NCBI GenBank assembly: GCA_949372595.1
Contig: CASIAN010000005.1
Location: 21,772-85,771 of the forward strand
Origin: an uncultured Rhodobacteraceae bacterium
GTDB taxonomy: Bacteria > Pseudomonadota > Alphaproteobacteria > Rhodobacterales > Rhodobacteraceae
Length of the DNA: 64,000 nt
Direction: 5' to 3'
Part shown: positions 12,601-21,075 of the stretch, one piece after another
Numbering within the stretch: the stretch's first letter is position 1
How the letters are laid out: the number at the start of each line of letters is the position of its first letter
The notes under the pieces: generated by a model
Told to the model about the DNA's origin: nothing
Databases searched by the model: none
The model's input: the letters and a program-made list of their open reading frames with translations, nothing else
Program-made: the position numbers and the translations under genes

Positions 12601-13063
12601 CGTTATGCTGACCACGTTGACCACGGTCTTGGGGTTGCTGCCGCTTTTGCATGAAACCTCGCAGCAGGCGCAATTTCTAAAGCCGACAGTGATTACGCTG
12701 GTCTATGGGCTGGGCTTTGGCATGGTGCTGGTGTTGCTGGTGGTGCCGTCGCTGATTGCGGCGCAAAATGATATCGGTCGGCAATTCACAGCCCTGTCAA
12801 AGGCTTTATCTTTCCGGCTGATGGCGGTGCGTTTTGGGTTTGTGCTTCTAGGGCTGATGGTGCTGGCATGGCTGGTGGCGACACTGGGATGGACTGTTGC
12901 GTATGGCCATCTGCTGGTGGCTTTGCCGGGGCTGGAGCAAATTCCGGTCAAGCCTTTAGCTTTATTAACCTTTATCGTTGGTTTGGCGATTATTATGGTG
13001 GTTATCTATTTGCTTTCGGGTTTGTTTATGGCGTTGCGGCGATCGCGTATCGCGCAGGGCTAG
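9677..13063 (+). CDS. Efflux RND transporter permease (AcrB/AcrD/AcrF family), 1128 aa
   Basis: Typical RND architecture: TM1, a large periplasmic loop, TM2-6, then a repeat of the same. Conserved segments include LFALIITLGIVVDDAIVV and GLLGMTGIIINDSIVL. Confidence 0.9.
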   Translation: MRHLSSSATGLLSYFIRHKTLANLLLVVLIVAGLMALPRMRAQFFPDVVLESVSVYVVWDGAGAEDVDRAIVQVLEPVLLAVEGVESTESTSREGSARVKLEFEPNWDMARATDDVQTAIETVTTLPDEADTPIVRRAVWRDRVTDVVISGPVGIEQLGRFTDELVTRLYNAGATRSTIRGLAAPETVIEVPSANLRAYKISMQQIAQAIAEEVDVDPAGDVTGSNTRVRTGIAKRSAAQIRAIVLRSNPDGSSLTVGDVARVGVDGIDRKRSYFVGERPAMSVRIDRSDRGDAIGIQRVVERVAKDLQLTLPAAVEVTLIRTRAAAISGRLNILLENGLTGLALVVGLLFLFLNARTAFWVAAGIPTAMMAAIALMYLSGITINMVSLFALIITLGIVVDDAIVVGEHADWRARRGEGPVEAAENAARRMALPVFAATLTTIIAFFGLTAIGGRFGDLIADIPLTVIAVLAASLVECFLILPHHMAHAVAHSVKDHWYDYPSRQVNLGFVWVRDRLFRRFMSWVVDARYVVLALVVAVLASQIALFVRGDVKWRFFNAPERSSVTGNFAMIQGATREDTLAMMREMQRATTELAADYEKRHGRNPIEFVISEIGGTAGRGLAGSDAKDPDHLGGISIELIDADLRPYSSFAFVGELQDAVRRHPLLETVSFRGWRSGPGGDALDVQFFGASAEVLKAAAEDLKTALAQYSEVSAVEDNLAYDKQELILELTPQGQALGFTIDGLGRVLRHRLNGIEAASYPDGPRSATIRVELPSGELTADFLERMQLRTPAAAYVPLADIVSVQQRTGFSTVRRENGIRLISVTGDISEDDPARAAEIETTLQAEILPKIAAERQVEWQLAGLSEQENSFLSDARAGLILCLTGIYLVLAWVFASWTRPLVVMSVIPFGLVGTIYGHYVWDVPLSMFSVVGLLGMTGIIINDSIVLVTTIDEHARTRGLVPSIIDGTADRLRPVMLTTLTTVLGLLPLLHETSQQAQFLKPTVITLVYGLGFGMVLVLLVVPSLIAAQNDIGRQFTALSKALSFRLMAVRFGFVLLGLMVLAWLVATLGWTVAYGHLLVALPGLEQIPVKPLALLTFIVGLAIIMVVIYLLSGLFMALRRSRIAQG

Positions 13064-13869
13064 CCGTTGTTGCAACCATTGATGTCCACGGCACCATCGC
13101 TGCCTAAAACGGTTATTCTGACGCTGTCGCGTGTCACAGAAAATGGTTGTCCAGCGCTATGTGTCAGCAGTGTTTTCAGCGAAAGGATATTGCCGGCCCG
13201 TGAGACTGTGGGCGGATCCGCCCATACAAATGGATTGTTGGTTTCTATAACGGCGTGTTCTGGGGCACCGGTTGACGGCATGTCGAGGGTGACCTTAAGC
13301 ATTAGTCCGCTCTGCGCCGGTAAAAACGTGCAGCGCCGCGCACGCAGTCCGGCCGTTCGGGCGGTTTTGGGCAGCTGGCGCAGGGCGTTTTTTATTTTTG
13401 GGTCCAGCACGGTTTGATTGGCCTGCAGGGTGGTACTAAACTTGACAGTGTGGGGGATACAGATGTCCTGACAGATACCCAGACTGATCTGGCCCTTTAA
13501 ATCGATCTTGCCACCGGGTGTGCTGGGCTGGATAGCAAGCGGCAGAATAATCTCGTTTTTATATCCAATTGAGCGCATCCCGTATTGATGAAACACAATT
13601 GGCCGTGGCCAGAGAACATCCACCGTCCTGATATTTTTGGACCCTTCCCAATTGAACCCGGGTGGAATGCCAGCCTCTCCCGGCGCACGCCAATAAGTTT
13701 TCCAGCCGGGTTTCAGCTTTAGGTGCAGCGCTGAGATGTGTTGCTCGGGTGTGATCCTTGCGCCGGTCAGGATGTGGACCGAGATGATGTCTGATGCATT
13801 TTGCGCCAATGCGGCGCCAAAAGGCATCAGACAAATCAACAGGCCGAGGGAAAGTTTTTTTAGGGTCAT
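13060..13869 (-). CDS. DsbD N-terminal-domain-like (DsbC/DsbD thiol-disulfide interchange) periplasmic protein
   Basis: Signal peptide MTLKKLSLGLLICLMPFGAALAQ, the PGWKTYWRAPGEAGIPP motif and the cysteine pair GICQDICIPH. Confidence 0.7.
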   Translation of the reverse strand: MTLKKLSLGLLICLMPFGAALAQNASDIISVHILTGARITPEQHISALHLKLKPGWKTYWRAPGEAGIPPGFNWEGSKNIRTVDVLWPRPIVFHQYGMRSIGYKNEIILPLAIQPSTPGGKIDLKGQISLGICQDICIPHTVKFSTTLQANQTVLDPKIKNALRQLPKTARTAGLRARRCTFLPAQSGLMLKVTLDMPSTGAPEHAVIETNNPFVWADPPTVSRAGNILSLKTLLTHSAGQPFSVTRDSVRITVLGSDGAVDINGCNNG

Positions 13870-14013
13870 GCTGTCTTATGCGACGATTTTGTCCCAAAAG
13901 CCAAATCACATTCTGTCGATCAGGTTATCCTCGGGTGGTTTGGCATACTCGGGCTTGCGTCGCACTGCGTCGCGGGTCATGATCACAATACAGAAAGTTT
14001 AAAGGTGTGAAAA

Positions 14014-14589
14014 ATGCAATCGCCCGAAACGACGGTTGATTTTACCGGCCAAGTCCTAATTGCCATGCCCGGGATGGGTGATCCTCGGTTTGACCGGAGC
14101 GTGATATATATGTGCTCGCATTCTGACAAGGGTGCTATGGGGCTGATCGTCAATAAACCCAACCGTGGTTTGCGCTTTGGCGATTTACTTGAGCAAATGT
14201 CGATTGAGACCAGTGATGAAACGCCGGATATGCCGGTTTACTTTGGCGGTCCGGTTGAGCATGGCAGGGGGTTTGTGCTGCATTCGCGGGACTATGTCTC
14301 GGATATCTCAACGCTTGAGGTCAGCCCAACCTTTGCGATGACTGCAACACAGGATATTTTAGAAGACATCGCGGTCGGAAAGGGCCCGGCCTTGGCGATG
14401 ATGGTTTTGGGTTATGCTGGCTGGGGGCCGGGTCAGCTTGAGCAAGAGATCAGCCAGAACGGCTGGTTGACCGGCGAAGCCAGCCACGCGCTTATTTTTG
14501 AAAACCCTGCTGATGAAATATGGCCGGATTCGCTGCGGCGTATGGGGGTGGATGCTGTGGCGCTGTCGGCCACGGCCGGGAGGGCGTGA
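14014..14589 (+). CDS. YqgE/AlgH family protein (UPF0301)
   Basis: 191 aa with family hallmarks LIAMPGMGDPRFDRSVIYMCSH...GAMGLIVNKP...GGPV...GYAGWGPGQLEQEI. Confidence 0.85.
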   Translation: MQSPETTVDFTGQVLIAMPGMGDPRFDRSVIYMCSHSDKGAMGLIVNKPNRGLRFGDLLEQMSIETSDETPDMPVYFGGPVEHGRGFVLHSRDYVSDISTLEVSPTFAMTATQDILEDIAVGKGPALAMMVLGYAGWGPGQLEQEISQNGWLTGEASHALIFENPADEIWPDSLRRMGVDAVALSATAGRA

Positions 14590-14615
14590 CCCTTTGTTTG
14601 CGGTTGATAGCTGCG

Positions 14616-15575
14616 TTATAGCGCCGCTTCGCTTTCAGGCCTTGGCGCTGCGGCGCGTTGCAAGCGGTCGTTGATGGCCAATCCCAAACCCGTTTTGGGT
14701 ATTGGACTGACGGCGATGACTTCCGATGCCCGTGTATCCAGCGTATGCAGATGGCGAAACAAATTTGCCGCTGCCTCGACCAAATCACGGCTGGCCGATA
14801 GGTTTAAGTCGGCGGGTACATCCCCAAAGCCCAACAAAACTTCACCCGATCGTGCGCTTGTGGCGTTCAGGCGCAAGCGCGCGGTGGGGGCGTAATGTGA
14901 TCTCATTTGCCCAGGCGCATTCAGTGTATCGCTGATGTGATGGTGCGTTAACGGTTGTCCCAGACAGGCCTCGATCGGCCCGCTGGCAAGCCCGCCAGGG
15001 CGCAGCAAGGTTGGGGTTTTCTCAAGTCCGATGATGGTTGATTCCAAACCCACCGCGCAGTCGCCGCCATCGATCACAGCGTCAATCTGCCCGTCGAGAC
15101 CGCGTATTACGTGACGCGCGGTAGTGGGGCTGATACGACCTGAGGGGTTGGCCGAGGGGGCGGCAACTGGTCCGCCAAACTGGTCCAGCAGGTCCCGCGC
15201 GAGCGGGTTGGCGGGGATGCGGATCGCGAGGCTTGGCAGATTTGCGGTGACCAGCGCTGACAAGCCGTTGTCAGGCTTCAGCGGTAGCACCAGTGTCATT
15301 GGGCCCGGCCAGAATTGGGCTGCCAACTTTGTGGCGACCGCGGTCCACACCACCAGTGCTTGTGCGGCACTGATCGAGGCGACATGCACAATCAGCGGGT
15401 TAAAGCTGGGCCGTCCCTTGGCGGCAAAAATGCGCGCTACAGCGTGATCGTTGCGGGCGTCAGCCCCCAGTCCATAAACGGTTTCGGTTGGGAAGGCGAG
15501 CAACCCGCCTTTGGCCAAGACCCTGCTTGCGGCAGCCACTCCGTGCGGGGTGGCGGGCAGTTGTGCCGTTTGCAT
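14616..15575 (-). CDS. L-threonylcarbamoyladenylate synthase (Sua5/YwlC/TsaC long form)
   Basis: LAFPTETVYGLGADA...AKGRPSFNPLIVHV...SANPSGRISPT plus a C-terminal Sua5 domain. I chose the ATG at 15575 (MQTAQLP...). Confidence 0.85.
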   Translation of the reverse strand: MQTAQLPATPHGVAAASRVLAKGGLLAFPTETVYGLGADARNDHAVARIFAAKGRPSFNPLIVHVASISAAQALVVWTAVATKLAAQFWPGPMTLVLPLKPDNGLSALVTANLPSLAIRIPANPLARDLLDQFGGPVAAPSANPSGRISPTTARHVIRGLDGQIDAVIDGGDCAVGLESTIIGLEKTPTLLRPGGLASGPIEACLGQPLTHHHISDTLNAPGQMRSHYAPTARLRLNATSARSGEVLLGFGDVPADLNLSASRDLVEAAANLFRHLHTLDTRASEVIAVSPIPKTGLGLAINDRLQRAAAPRPESEAAL

Positions 15576-15758
15576 AATGTCTCTCCGATGACGCAGCGTA
15601 ATCTGTAAAGGCGCTACCGGTTTGCCTAGGCGTCGCGGTGCCGCTATGTCATACAGATACCGCAAAGCCCTGCCAAGCCCTTGTCATGGGTCGGATCGCA
15701 ATCCGGGCCAGGGTCAGAACTTTTGCTGTTGCAGTGTATTGCCGTTAAGGAGCTTCTT

Positions 15759-17477
15759 ATGAGTTATCGCGCACCTGTCACTGAGTATCAGTTTTTGTTT
15801 GATCATGTGGTCGGGCTAGATCAAGTTTCCGCCACTGAGCGCTTTGGCGAGGCGACGCGGGATGTGACCACGGCGATCCTGATCGAAGCCGGACGGATGT
15901 GCGAAGAGGTGATGGCACCGCTACAACGGGCCGGTGACGAGCATCCGGCGGTTTTGGAAAACGGTGTGGTGCGCTGTTCGCCGGGCTATGTAGAGGGCTA
16001 CCGCGCCATTGCTGAGGGCGGTTGGGTATCCATTGCGGCCAGCCCCGAATACGGCGGGATGGGGTTGCCGATGGCCGTGACCACGGCGGTTAACGAAATG
16101 ATGAGCGCTGCGTGTCTGTCGCTGCAACTGTGCCCGTTGATGACGCAGGGCCAAATCGAAGCGCTGGAGCATCATGCCAGCGACGAGATCAAGCGACTGT
16201 ACCTGCCCAAGCTGATCAGCGGTGCATGGTGTGGCACGATGAACCTGACCGAACCGCAGGCCGGTAGCGATGTGGGCGCCCTGAGTTCGAAGGCTGTACC
16301 GAATGGCGATGGCAGCTATGCCATCACCGGCCAGAAAATTTATATCAGTTGGGGCGACAGCGATGTGGTTGAAAATATCTGTCATCTGGTGTTGGCGCGT
16401 CTGCCCAATAGTGTGCCTGGCACCAAGGGCATCAGTCTGTTTCTTGTGCCGAAATTTCTGCCGGACGCGTCGGGTAACCCGGGTATTGCGAACCAGCTGA
16501 AAGTGGTGGGATTGGAACATAAAATGGGCCTGCATGGCAGTCCGACTTGCGTGATGCAATACGAGGGGGCGACGGGGTGGCTTGTCGGGGGGGAACACGC
16601 CGGTATGAAAGCGATGTTCACCATGATGAACAACGCCAGACTGGGTGTTGGCGGGCAGGGAATAGGCGTGGCCGAAGGCGCCTATCAGCACGCGCTGCGG
16701 TTTGCATCACAGCGTAAACAGGGCAAGGCACCGGTTGCGCAAGGCACAGGTACTATTCTTGATCACGCCGATGTGCGGCGTATGCTGATGACGATGAAGG
16801 CTGATATTTTTGCCGCGCGTGCCATTGCGCTCGACTGCGGGGCGGCGATCGATATGAGCACCGCAACCGGTGATCCGCGCTGGTCGGCGCGGGCTGCATT
16901 TTTAACACCGATCGCCAAGGCCTTTGGTACTGACACCGGGATTGGGGTCGCCGAAGCAGGGGTGCAATTACACGGTGGCATGGGCTTTATCGAGGAGACC
17001 GGTGCGGCCCAATACAGCCGCGATGTGCGGGTGACCGCGATCTATGAGGGCACCAACGGCATTCAGGCGATGGATCTGGTGGCGCGCAAACTTATGGATG
17101 GTGGCGAGGCCGCAGGGCGGTTGCTGGATGATATCGAAGCCTTTGCCGAGGCGACAAGAGAGCAGATTCCCGATCTGGCAGGGCCGGTTTGGCAGGCTAC
17201 GGAAACGCTGCGCGAAACTACCGAATGGTTGGTTGGTCAAAGTGACCTGAATGACCGGTTTGCCGGCGCAGTACCTTATCTTAAAGCATTTGCCCGTGTC
17301 TTGGGGGGCTATTATCATCTTAAGGCTGCCGCTGCTGAACTGACCCCGGGCACCAGAATGGCGCTGGCGCGTTTCTATATCTTGCGTCTGTTGCCCGAGC
17401 ATACAGGGCTGTTGATCCATGCCCGCGCCGGTGCCGAAGATCTTTATGCGCTGAGTGTCGACGGATTTGCCGCCTGA
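15759..17477 (+). CDS. Long-form acyl-CoA dehydrogenase (AidB/DmdC-like, ~570 aa)
   Basis: MSYRAPVTEYQFLFDHV... with an ACAD middle/C-terminal core (GTMNLTEPQAGSD...YEGTNGIQAMDL) and an extra C-terminal helical domain. AAGGA lies upstream of the ATG at 15759. Confidence 0.85.
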   Translation: MSYRAPVTEYQFLFDHVVGLDQVSATERFGEATRDVTTAILIEAGRMCEEVMAPLQRAGDEHPAVLENGVVRCSPGYVEGYRAIAEGGWVSIAASPEYGGMGLPMAVTTAVNEMMSAACLSLQLCPLMTQGQIEALEHHASDEIKRLYLPKLISGAWCGTMNLTEPQAGSDVGALSSKAVPNGDGSYAITGQKIYISWGDSDVVENICHLVLARLPNSVPGTKGISLFLVPKFLPDASGNPGIANQLKVVGLEHKMGLHGSPTCVMQYEGATGWLVGGEHAGMKAMFTMMNNARLGVGGQGIGVAEGAYQHALRFASQRKQGKAPVAQGTGTILDHADVRRMLMTMKADIFAARAIALDCGAAIDMSTATGDPRWSARAAFLTPIAKAFGTDTGIGVAEAGVQLHGGMGFIEETGAAQYSRDVRVTAIYEGTNGIQAMDLVARKLMDGGEAAGRLLDDIEAFAEATREQIPDLAGPVWQATETLRETTEWLVGQSDLNDRFAGAVPYLKAFARVLGGYYHLKAAAAELTPGTRMALARFYILRLLPEHTGLLIHARAGAEDLYALSVDGFAA

Positions 17478-18520
17478 TGGGCGTTGGCAAAAATGGTCTG
17501 CGCTATCCATGGGCAGAGCCGCCGGCAGAGGGTGTAGCGATAGAAGTTGCCGAGGGCGTCTTATGGTTTCGCATGCCATTGCCGATGGTGCTGGATCACG
17601 TCAATATCTATGCGCTGGCTGATGAGGATGGCTGGACGATCGTCGATACCGGGTTCAACAGCAAACGCAGCCGTGCAATTTGGGAAAAGCTGTTGGTTGG
17701 GCCTTTAGCAGGGCGTCCTGTTCGGAGGGTGCTGATTACCCATCATCATCCCGACCATGTGGGGTTGGCGGGTTGGTTGCAAGACCGCACTGGGGCCACA
17801 TTGCTTGCCACACGCACGGCTTGGTTGATGGCGCGTATGCTGTGTTTGGATGTCCAGCCGTATCCGGCGCCTGAAACCCTGCGCTTTTGGCGTCGTGCCG
17901 GTATGGACCCTGAGGTTTTTGCCAAACGCGCTTCCGAACGCCCGTTTAATTTTGCCGATGTGGTCTGGCCCATTCCGCTGGGTTTTCAACGTATAAAGCA
18001 AGATGATGTGCTGCATCTGGCCGGTCGTGATTGGGTTGTGCATATCGGCAACGGTCACGCGCCTGAGCATGCCACCCTATGGAGCCAAAGTGACGATTTG
18101 GTTCTGGCGGGTGATCAGGTCCTGTCGTCGATCAGCCCCAATATTGGCGTCTATGCCACAGAGCCGGAGGCCGACCCTGTTGGCGATTGGCTTGAAGCCT
18201 GTAACCGGTTGGCAGGCTTGGCCAAAGAGGCGCATGTGGTGTTGGGTGGGCATAAAATGCCTTTTACCGGTTTGCCATTGCGGATGCGCCAGCTGATCGA
18301 CAATCACCACGGCGCATTGGCCCGTTTGAGCGTTGCGTTGGCGCAGCCAAAAACTGCGACTGAGTGTTTTACGGCGCTGTTCAAGCGCAGGATCGGTGAT
18401 GGAGAATATGGTCTGGCTCTGGTCGAATCATATGCCCATCTGAGCCACCTTTATCAACAGGGCCATCTGAGCCGTGAAATCCGCGAAGATGGGGCTTATG
18501 TGTATCGGCGACTTATGTAA
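17477..18520 (+). CDS. MBL-fold metallo-hydrolase
   Basis: HxHxDH motif in ITHHHPDHVG. 347 aa. The ATG overlaps the TGA of the preceding dehydrogenase. Confidence 0.8.
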   Translation: MGVGKNGLRYPWAEPPAEGVAIEVAEGVLWFRMPLPMVLDHVNIYALADEDGWTIVDTGFNSKRSRAIWEKLLVGPLAGRPVRRVLITHHHPDHVGLAGWLQDRTGATLLATRTAWLMARMLCLDVQPYPAPETLRFWRRAGMDPEVFAKRASERPFNFADVVWPIPLGFQRIKQDDVLHLAGRDWVVHIGNGHAPEHATLWSQSDDLVLAGDQVLSSISPNIGVYATEPEADPVGDWLEACNRLAGLAKEAHVVLGGHKMPFTGLPLRMRQLIDNHHGALARLSVALAQPKTATECFTALFKRRIGDGEYGLALVESYAHLSHLYQQGHLSREIREDGAYVYRRLM

Positions 18521-18658
18521 AATTGGACCCAATCTGGCGCTGTAATAAAGTGTTTCGGCAGTTTGTTTCATTCGGCGCTGCCTGCGCGCTGATGTCGGGG
18601 TGACAGGGTTTGAAAAATCCGCTAAACGCAAACTACGATATCAAAAAGGCAGTATCCC

Positions 18659-18793
18659 ATGACTGAACACAAGCACGGCGAAATGGACATTGAAGTTCAA
18701 GAGAAAACTTTTGATGGCATGCTTAAGGCAATGACTCGCGTCTCGATCGCATCAATCGGGTTGTTGATTTTTATTGCGATCGTAAACGGATAA
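18659..18793 (+). CDS. aa3-type cytochrome c oxidase subunit IV (44 aa; below the ORF-track length cutoff)
   Basis: My own translation is MTEHKHGEMDIEVQEKTFDGMLKAMTRVSIASIGLLIFIAIVNG. The HKHGEMD motif plus a single C-terminal TM helix matches my recollection of the Paracoccus/Rhodobacter subunit IV family. Confidence 0.7.
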   Translation: MTEHKHGEMDIEVQEKTFDGMLKAMTRVSIASIGLLIFIAIVNG

Positions 18794-18819
18794 ACCAAAG
18801 CCTATTTTAAGGTACGATT

Positions 18820-19416
18820 TTGCGGCTGATTATATTTATTATTTTTTTGCAGAATGTTCTCGCAGGCTGCAGCCAAAATATTTCTAAAATGTCTGATGCG
18901 GCGCTTGCGAATGCCGCCTACCATCATTCTGGACCAGCGTCGCTGAGTTTGATCACGATGGTCAAAAACGGCTCGGGCACCGGGGCGCATACTAGCGTGA
19001 TGATCAATGCCTCGCAGCGGATTATTTTTGACCCGGCTGGCACTGTGCGACACGCGCGCCTGCCGGAAAAAGGCGATGTGCTGTTTGGGGTGACGCCGGC
19101 TATCGAGGATTTCTATGTGCGTGCCCATGCGCGCAAAACCCATCATGTTGTGATCCAGACGCTTGAGGTGCCGCCCAATGTGGCAGAACTTGCTTTGCAA
19201 AAGGCGCTTGCACACGGTGCGGTTTACGCCGCGCAATGCAGCTTGCGGACCTCGCGACTTTTGGCGTCGCTGCCGGGATTTGACCATCTGCCGGTTGTCT
19301 GGTTCCCAAACCGTTTAAAAGACGCCTTTGGTCGGCTTGAGGGCGTGACAGAAGTCACCTTGCATGAATATGACGAGGCCGATAAGGCCAAGGCCTTGCG
19401 GGCATACACTCCTTAA
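18820..19416 (+). CDS. Hypothetical lipoprotein
   Basis: TTG start with an upstream AAGG, and a lipobox in (M)RLIIFIIFLQNVLAGCSQ. No function recognised. Confidence 0.6.
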   Translation: MRLIIFIIFLQNVLAGCSQNISKMSDAALANAAYHHSGPASLSLITMVKNGSGTGAHTSVMINASQRIIFDPAGTVRHARLPEKGDVLFGVTPAIEDFYVRAHARKTHHVVIQTLEVPPNVAELALQKALAHGAVYAAQCSLRTSRLLASLPGFDHLPVVWFPNRLKDAFGRLEGVTEVTLHEYDEADKAKALRAYTP

Positions 19417-19573
19417 CCAACTCTATTCACTGTGGTGAGCTATGAGCGCTGACGCGTTTGTCTGTCGCAACAGTTTCGCCCCGCAACCATCGTTTTTGAG
19501 ATTCATGGTTGCACTCAGGGGCGCTTTGGTTTCATCCTTGGTTGCCAATACGGCGCATGAGAGGATAAATTCG

Positions 19574-20458
19574 GTGGCAACCCAAGATAACCTGAGCGAG
19601 TACTTGATTGCACCAGATCTGTCCCGCCGCGGGTTGAGCCGCGCGGTGGACGGTATTGATCAAGATGGCAAAAAAAGTGTGCTGTCAGTGGTCGAAGAAC
19701 GCCCATTAACGATTTTTCTCAACGCACAGGAAATTGTCACGGCGATGACAATTGGGGATTACCCCGAATATCTGGCGCTGGGGTTTTTGCGCAATCAAGG
19801 CATGTTGCCAGATGATGCGGATGTTACAGGCATATCCTATGACGAAGAACTCGAAACTGTGGTGGTGCGTACCGCAACCCAAACCAGTTTTGAAGACAAG
19901 TTGAAAAAGAAAACCCGCACCAGCGGCTGTGCCGTGGGGACGGTTTTTGGCGATATGATGGAGGGTTTGGAAGAGGTGCATCTGCCAGCCAGCCCGGTTA
20001 AGACGTCATGGCTGTACGCGCTGGCTGCTAAAATTAACCGAACGCCCAGCCTGTATCTGGACGTTGGGGCGATACACGGCACAGTGCTATGTCGTGAGGA
20101 CCGGCCGTTGGTTTATATGGAAGATGTCGGTCGGCACAACGCGGTCGACAAAATTGCCGGCTGGATGTTAAGCGAACAGATTTCTGCTGCTGACAAGATC
20201 CTGTATACCACGGGTCGCTTGACCTCGGAGATGGTGATCAAAACTGCGATGATGGGTATTCCGGTGCTGGCGTCACGGTCGGGGTTTACCGCATGGGGGG
20301 TCGAGATTGCCCAGCAGGTCGGGCTGACTTTGATTGGGCGCATGCGTGGCAAGCGGTTCGTGTGCCTGTCGGGGGATGAACGGTTGCTGCGCGATGCAGA
20401 CCCGGCTTTGGTGGATGAGGAAAGCCAACGGTCGCGGCGCAAGGGAGGTCGCGCATGA
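19574..20458 (+). CDS. fdhD: Formate dehydrogenase accessory sulfurtransferase FdhD
   Basis: Conserved FdhD core (...PLTIFLN...TSGCAVG...MEDVGRHNAVDKIAGW...LYTTGRLTSEMVIKTAMMGIPVLASRS). The start is uncertain. GTG 19574 has GAGAGGA 8 nt upstream; the alternatives are ATG 19505 or 19442. Confidence 0.85.
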   Translation: MATQDNLSEYLIAPDLSRRGLSRAVDGIDQDGKKSVLSVVEERPLTIFLNAQEIVTAMTIGDYPEYLALGFLRNQGMLPDDADVTGISYDEELETVVVRTATQTSFEDKLKKKTRTSGCAVGTVFGDMMEGLEEVHLPASPVKTSWLYALAAKINRTPSLYLDVGAIHGTVLCREDRPLVYMEDVGRHNAVDKIAGWMLSEQISAADKILYTTGRLTSEMVIKTAMMGIPVLASRSGFTAWGVEIAQQVGLTLIGRMRGKRFVCLSGDERLLRDADPALVDEESQRSRRKGGRA

Positions 20459-21075
20459 CCGCGCCGCTGGGGGTTATCTTGGCCGGTGGATTGGCGCGAC
20501 GCATGGGCGGTGGCGATAAGGGGCTGTTGAAGTTGCACGATCAAAGCTTGTTGGCCCGGGTCAGCGGGCGTCTTGCCCCGCAGGTGGCGGGAATGGCGCT
20601 GAATGCCAATGGTGATCTCGCGCGGTTCGCCGATCTTGGTTTGCCGGTGATTGCCGACAGTATCGCCGATTATCCCGGCCCACTTGCGGGGGTTTTGGCG
20701 GGGCTCGACTGGGCCGCAGACCAAGGTGTAGACCGCATCGTTACCGCCGCTGCCGACACACCGTTTTTCCCAACGGATTTGGTGGCGCGCCTCATAGAGG
20801 CCTCTGCCGGAATGGAGCATCCACTGGTTTTGGCCGCGACACCCGACGCCGCGCGTGGTCAGGTGCGTCACCCTACTTTTGGCCTTTGGCCTGTGGCGCT
20901 GCGTGAAGATTTGCGGGCCGCGCTGGGTGACGGTCTGCGTAAGGTAGTGATGTGGACACGGCGTCACAATGGGCGCGAGGCGCTGTTCTCTGGCTATGGG
21001 GTCGATCCGTTCTTTAACGTCAACACCCCCGAAGATCTGGCGCAGGCTGCCGATCTTTTAAAGGATATTCCATGA
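20455..21075 (+). CDS. mobA: Molybdenum cofactor guanylyltransferase
   Basis: GVILAGGLARRMGGGDKGLL...PGPLAGVLAGLDWA. 4-nt ATGA overlap with fdhD. Confidence 0.9.
   Translation: MTAPLGVILAGGLARRMGGGDKGLLKLHDQSLLARVSGRLAPQVAGMALNANGDLARFADLGLPVIADSIADYPGPLAGVLAGLDWAADQGVDRIVTAAADTPFFPTDLVARLIEASAGMEHPLVLAATPDAARGQVRHPTFGLWPVALREDLRAALGDGLRKVVMWTRRHNGREALFSGYGVDPFFNVNTPEDLAQAADLLKDIP

Noticed and set aside
10850-12673. Long minus-strand ORFs 10850..11668 (272 aa) and 11705..12673 (322 aa) inside the RND permease gene.
   Set aside because: They lie entirely antisense to a gene with an unmistakable RND protein signature. Their translations are Arg/His/Gln/Pro-rich low-complexity strings with no RBS or family resemblance, which is the typical open antisense frame of GC-rich coding DNA. 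The same reasoning applies to 724..1248(-), 6797..7339(-), 6876..7649(-), 7246..7902(-), 15921..16691(-), 16968..17579(-), 20113..20967(-), 21285..21848(-), 48616..49218(-), 52454..53026(-) and the many 60-150 aa overlapping frames in the track.
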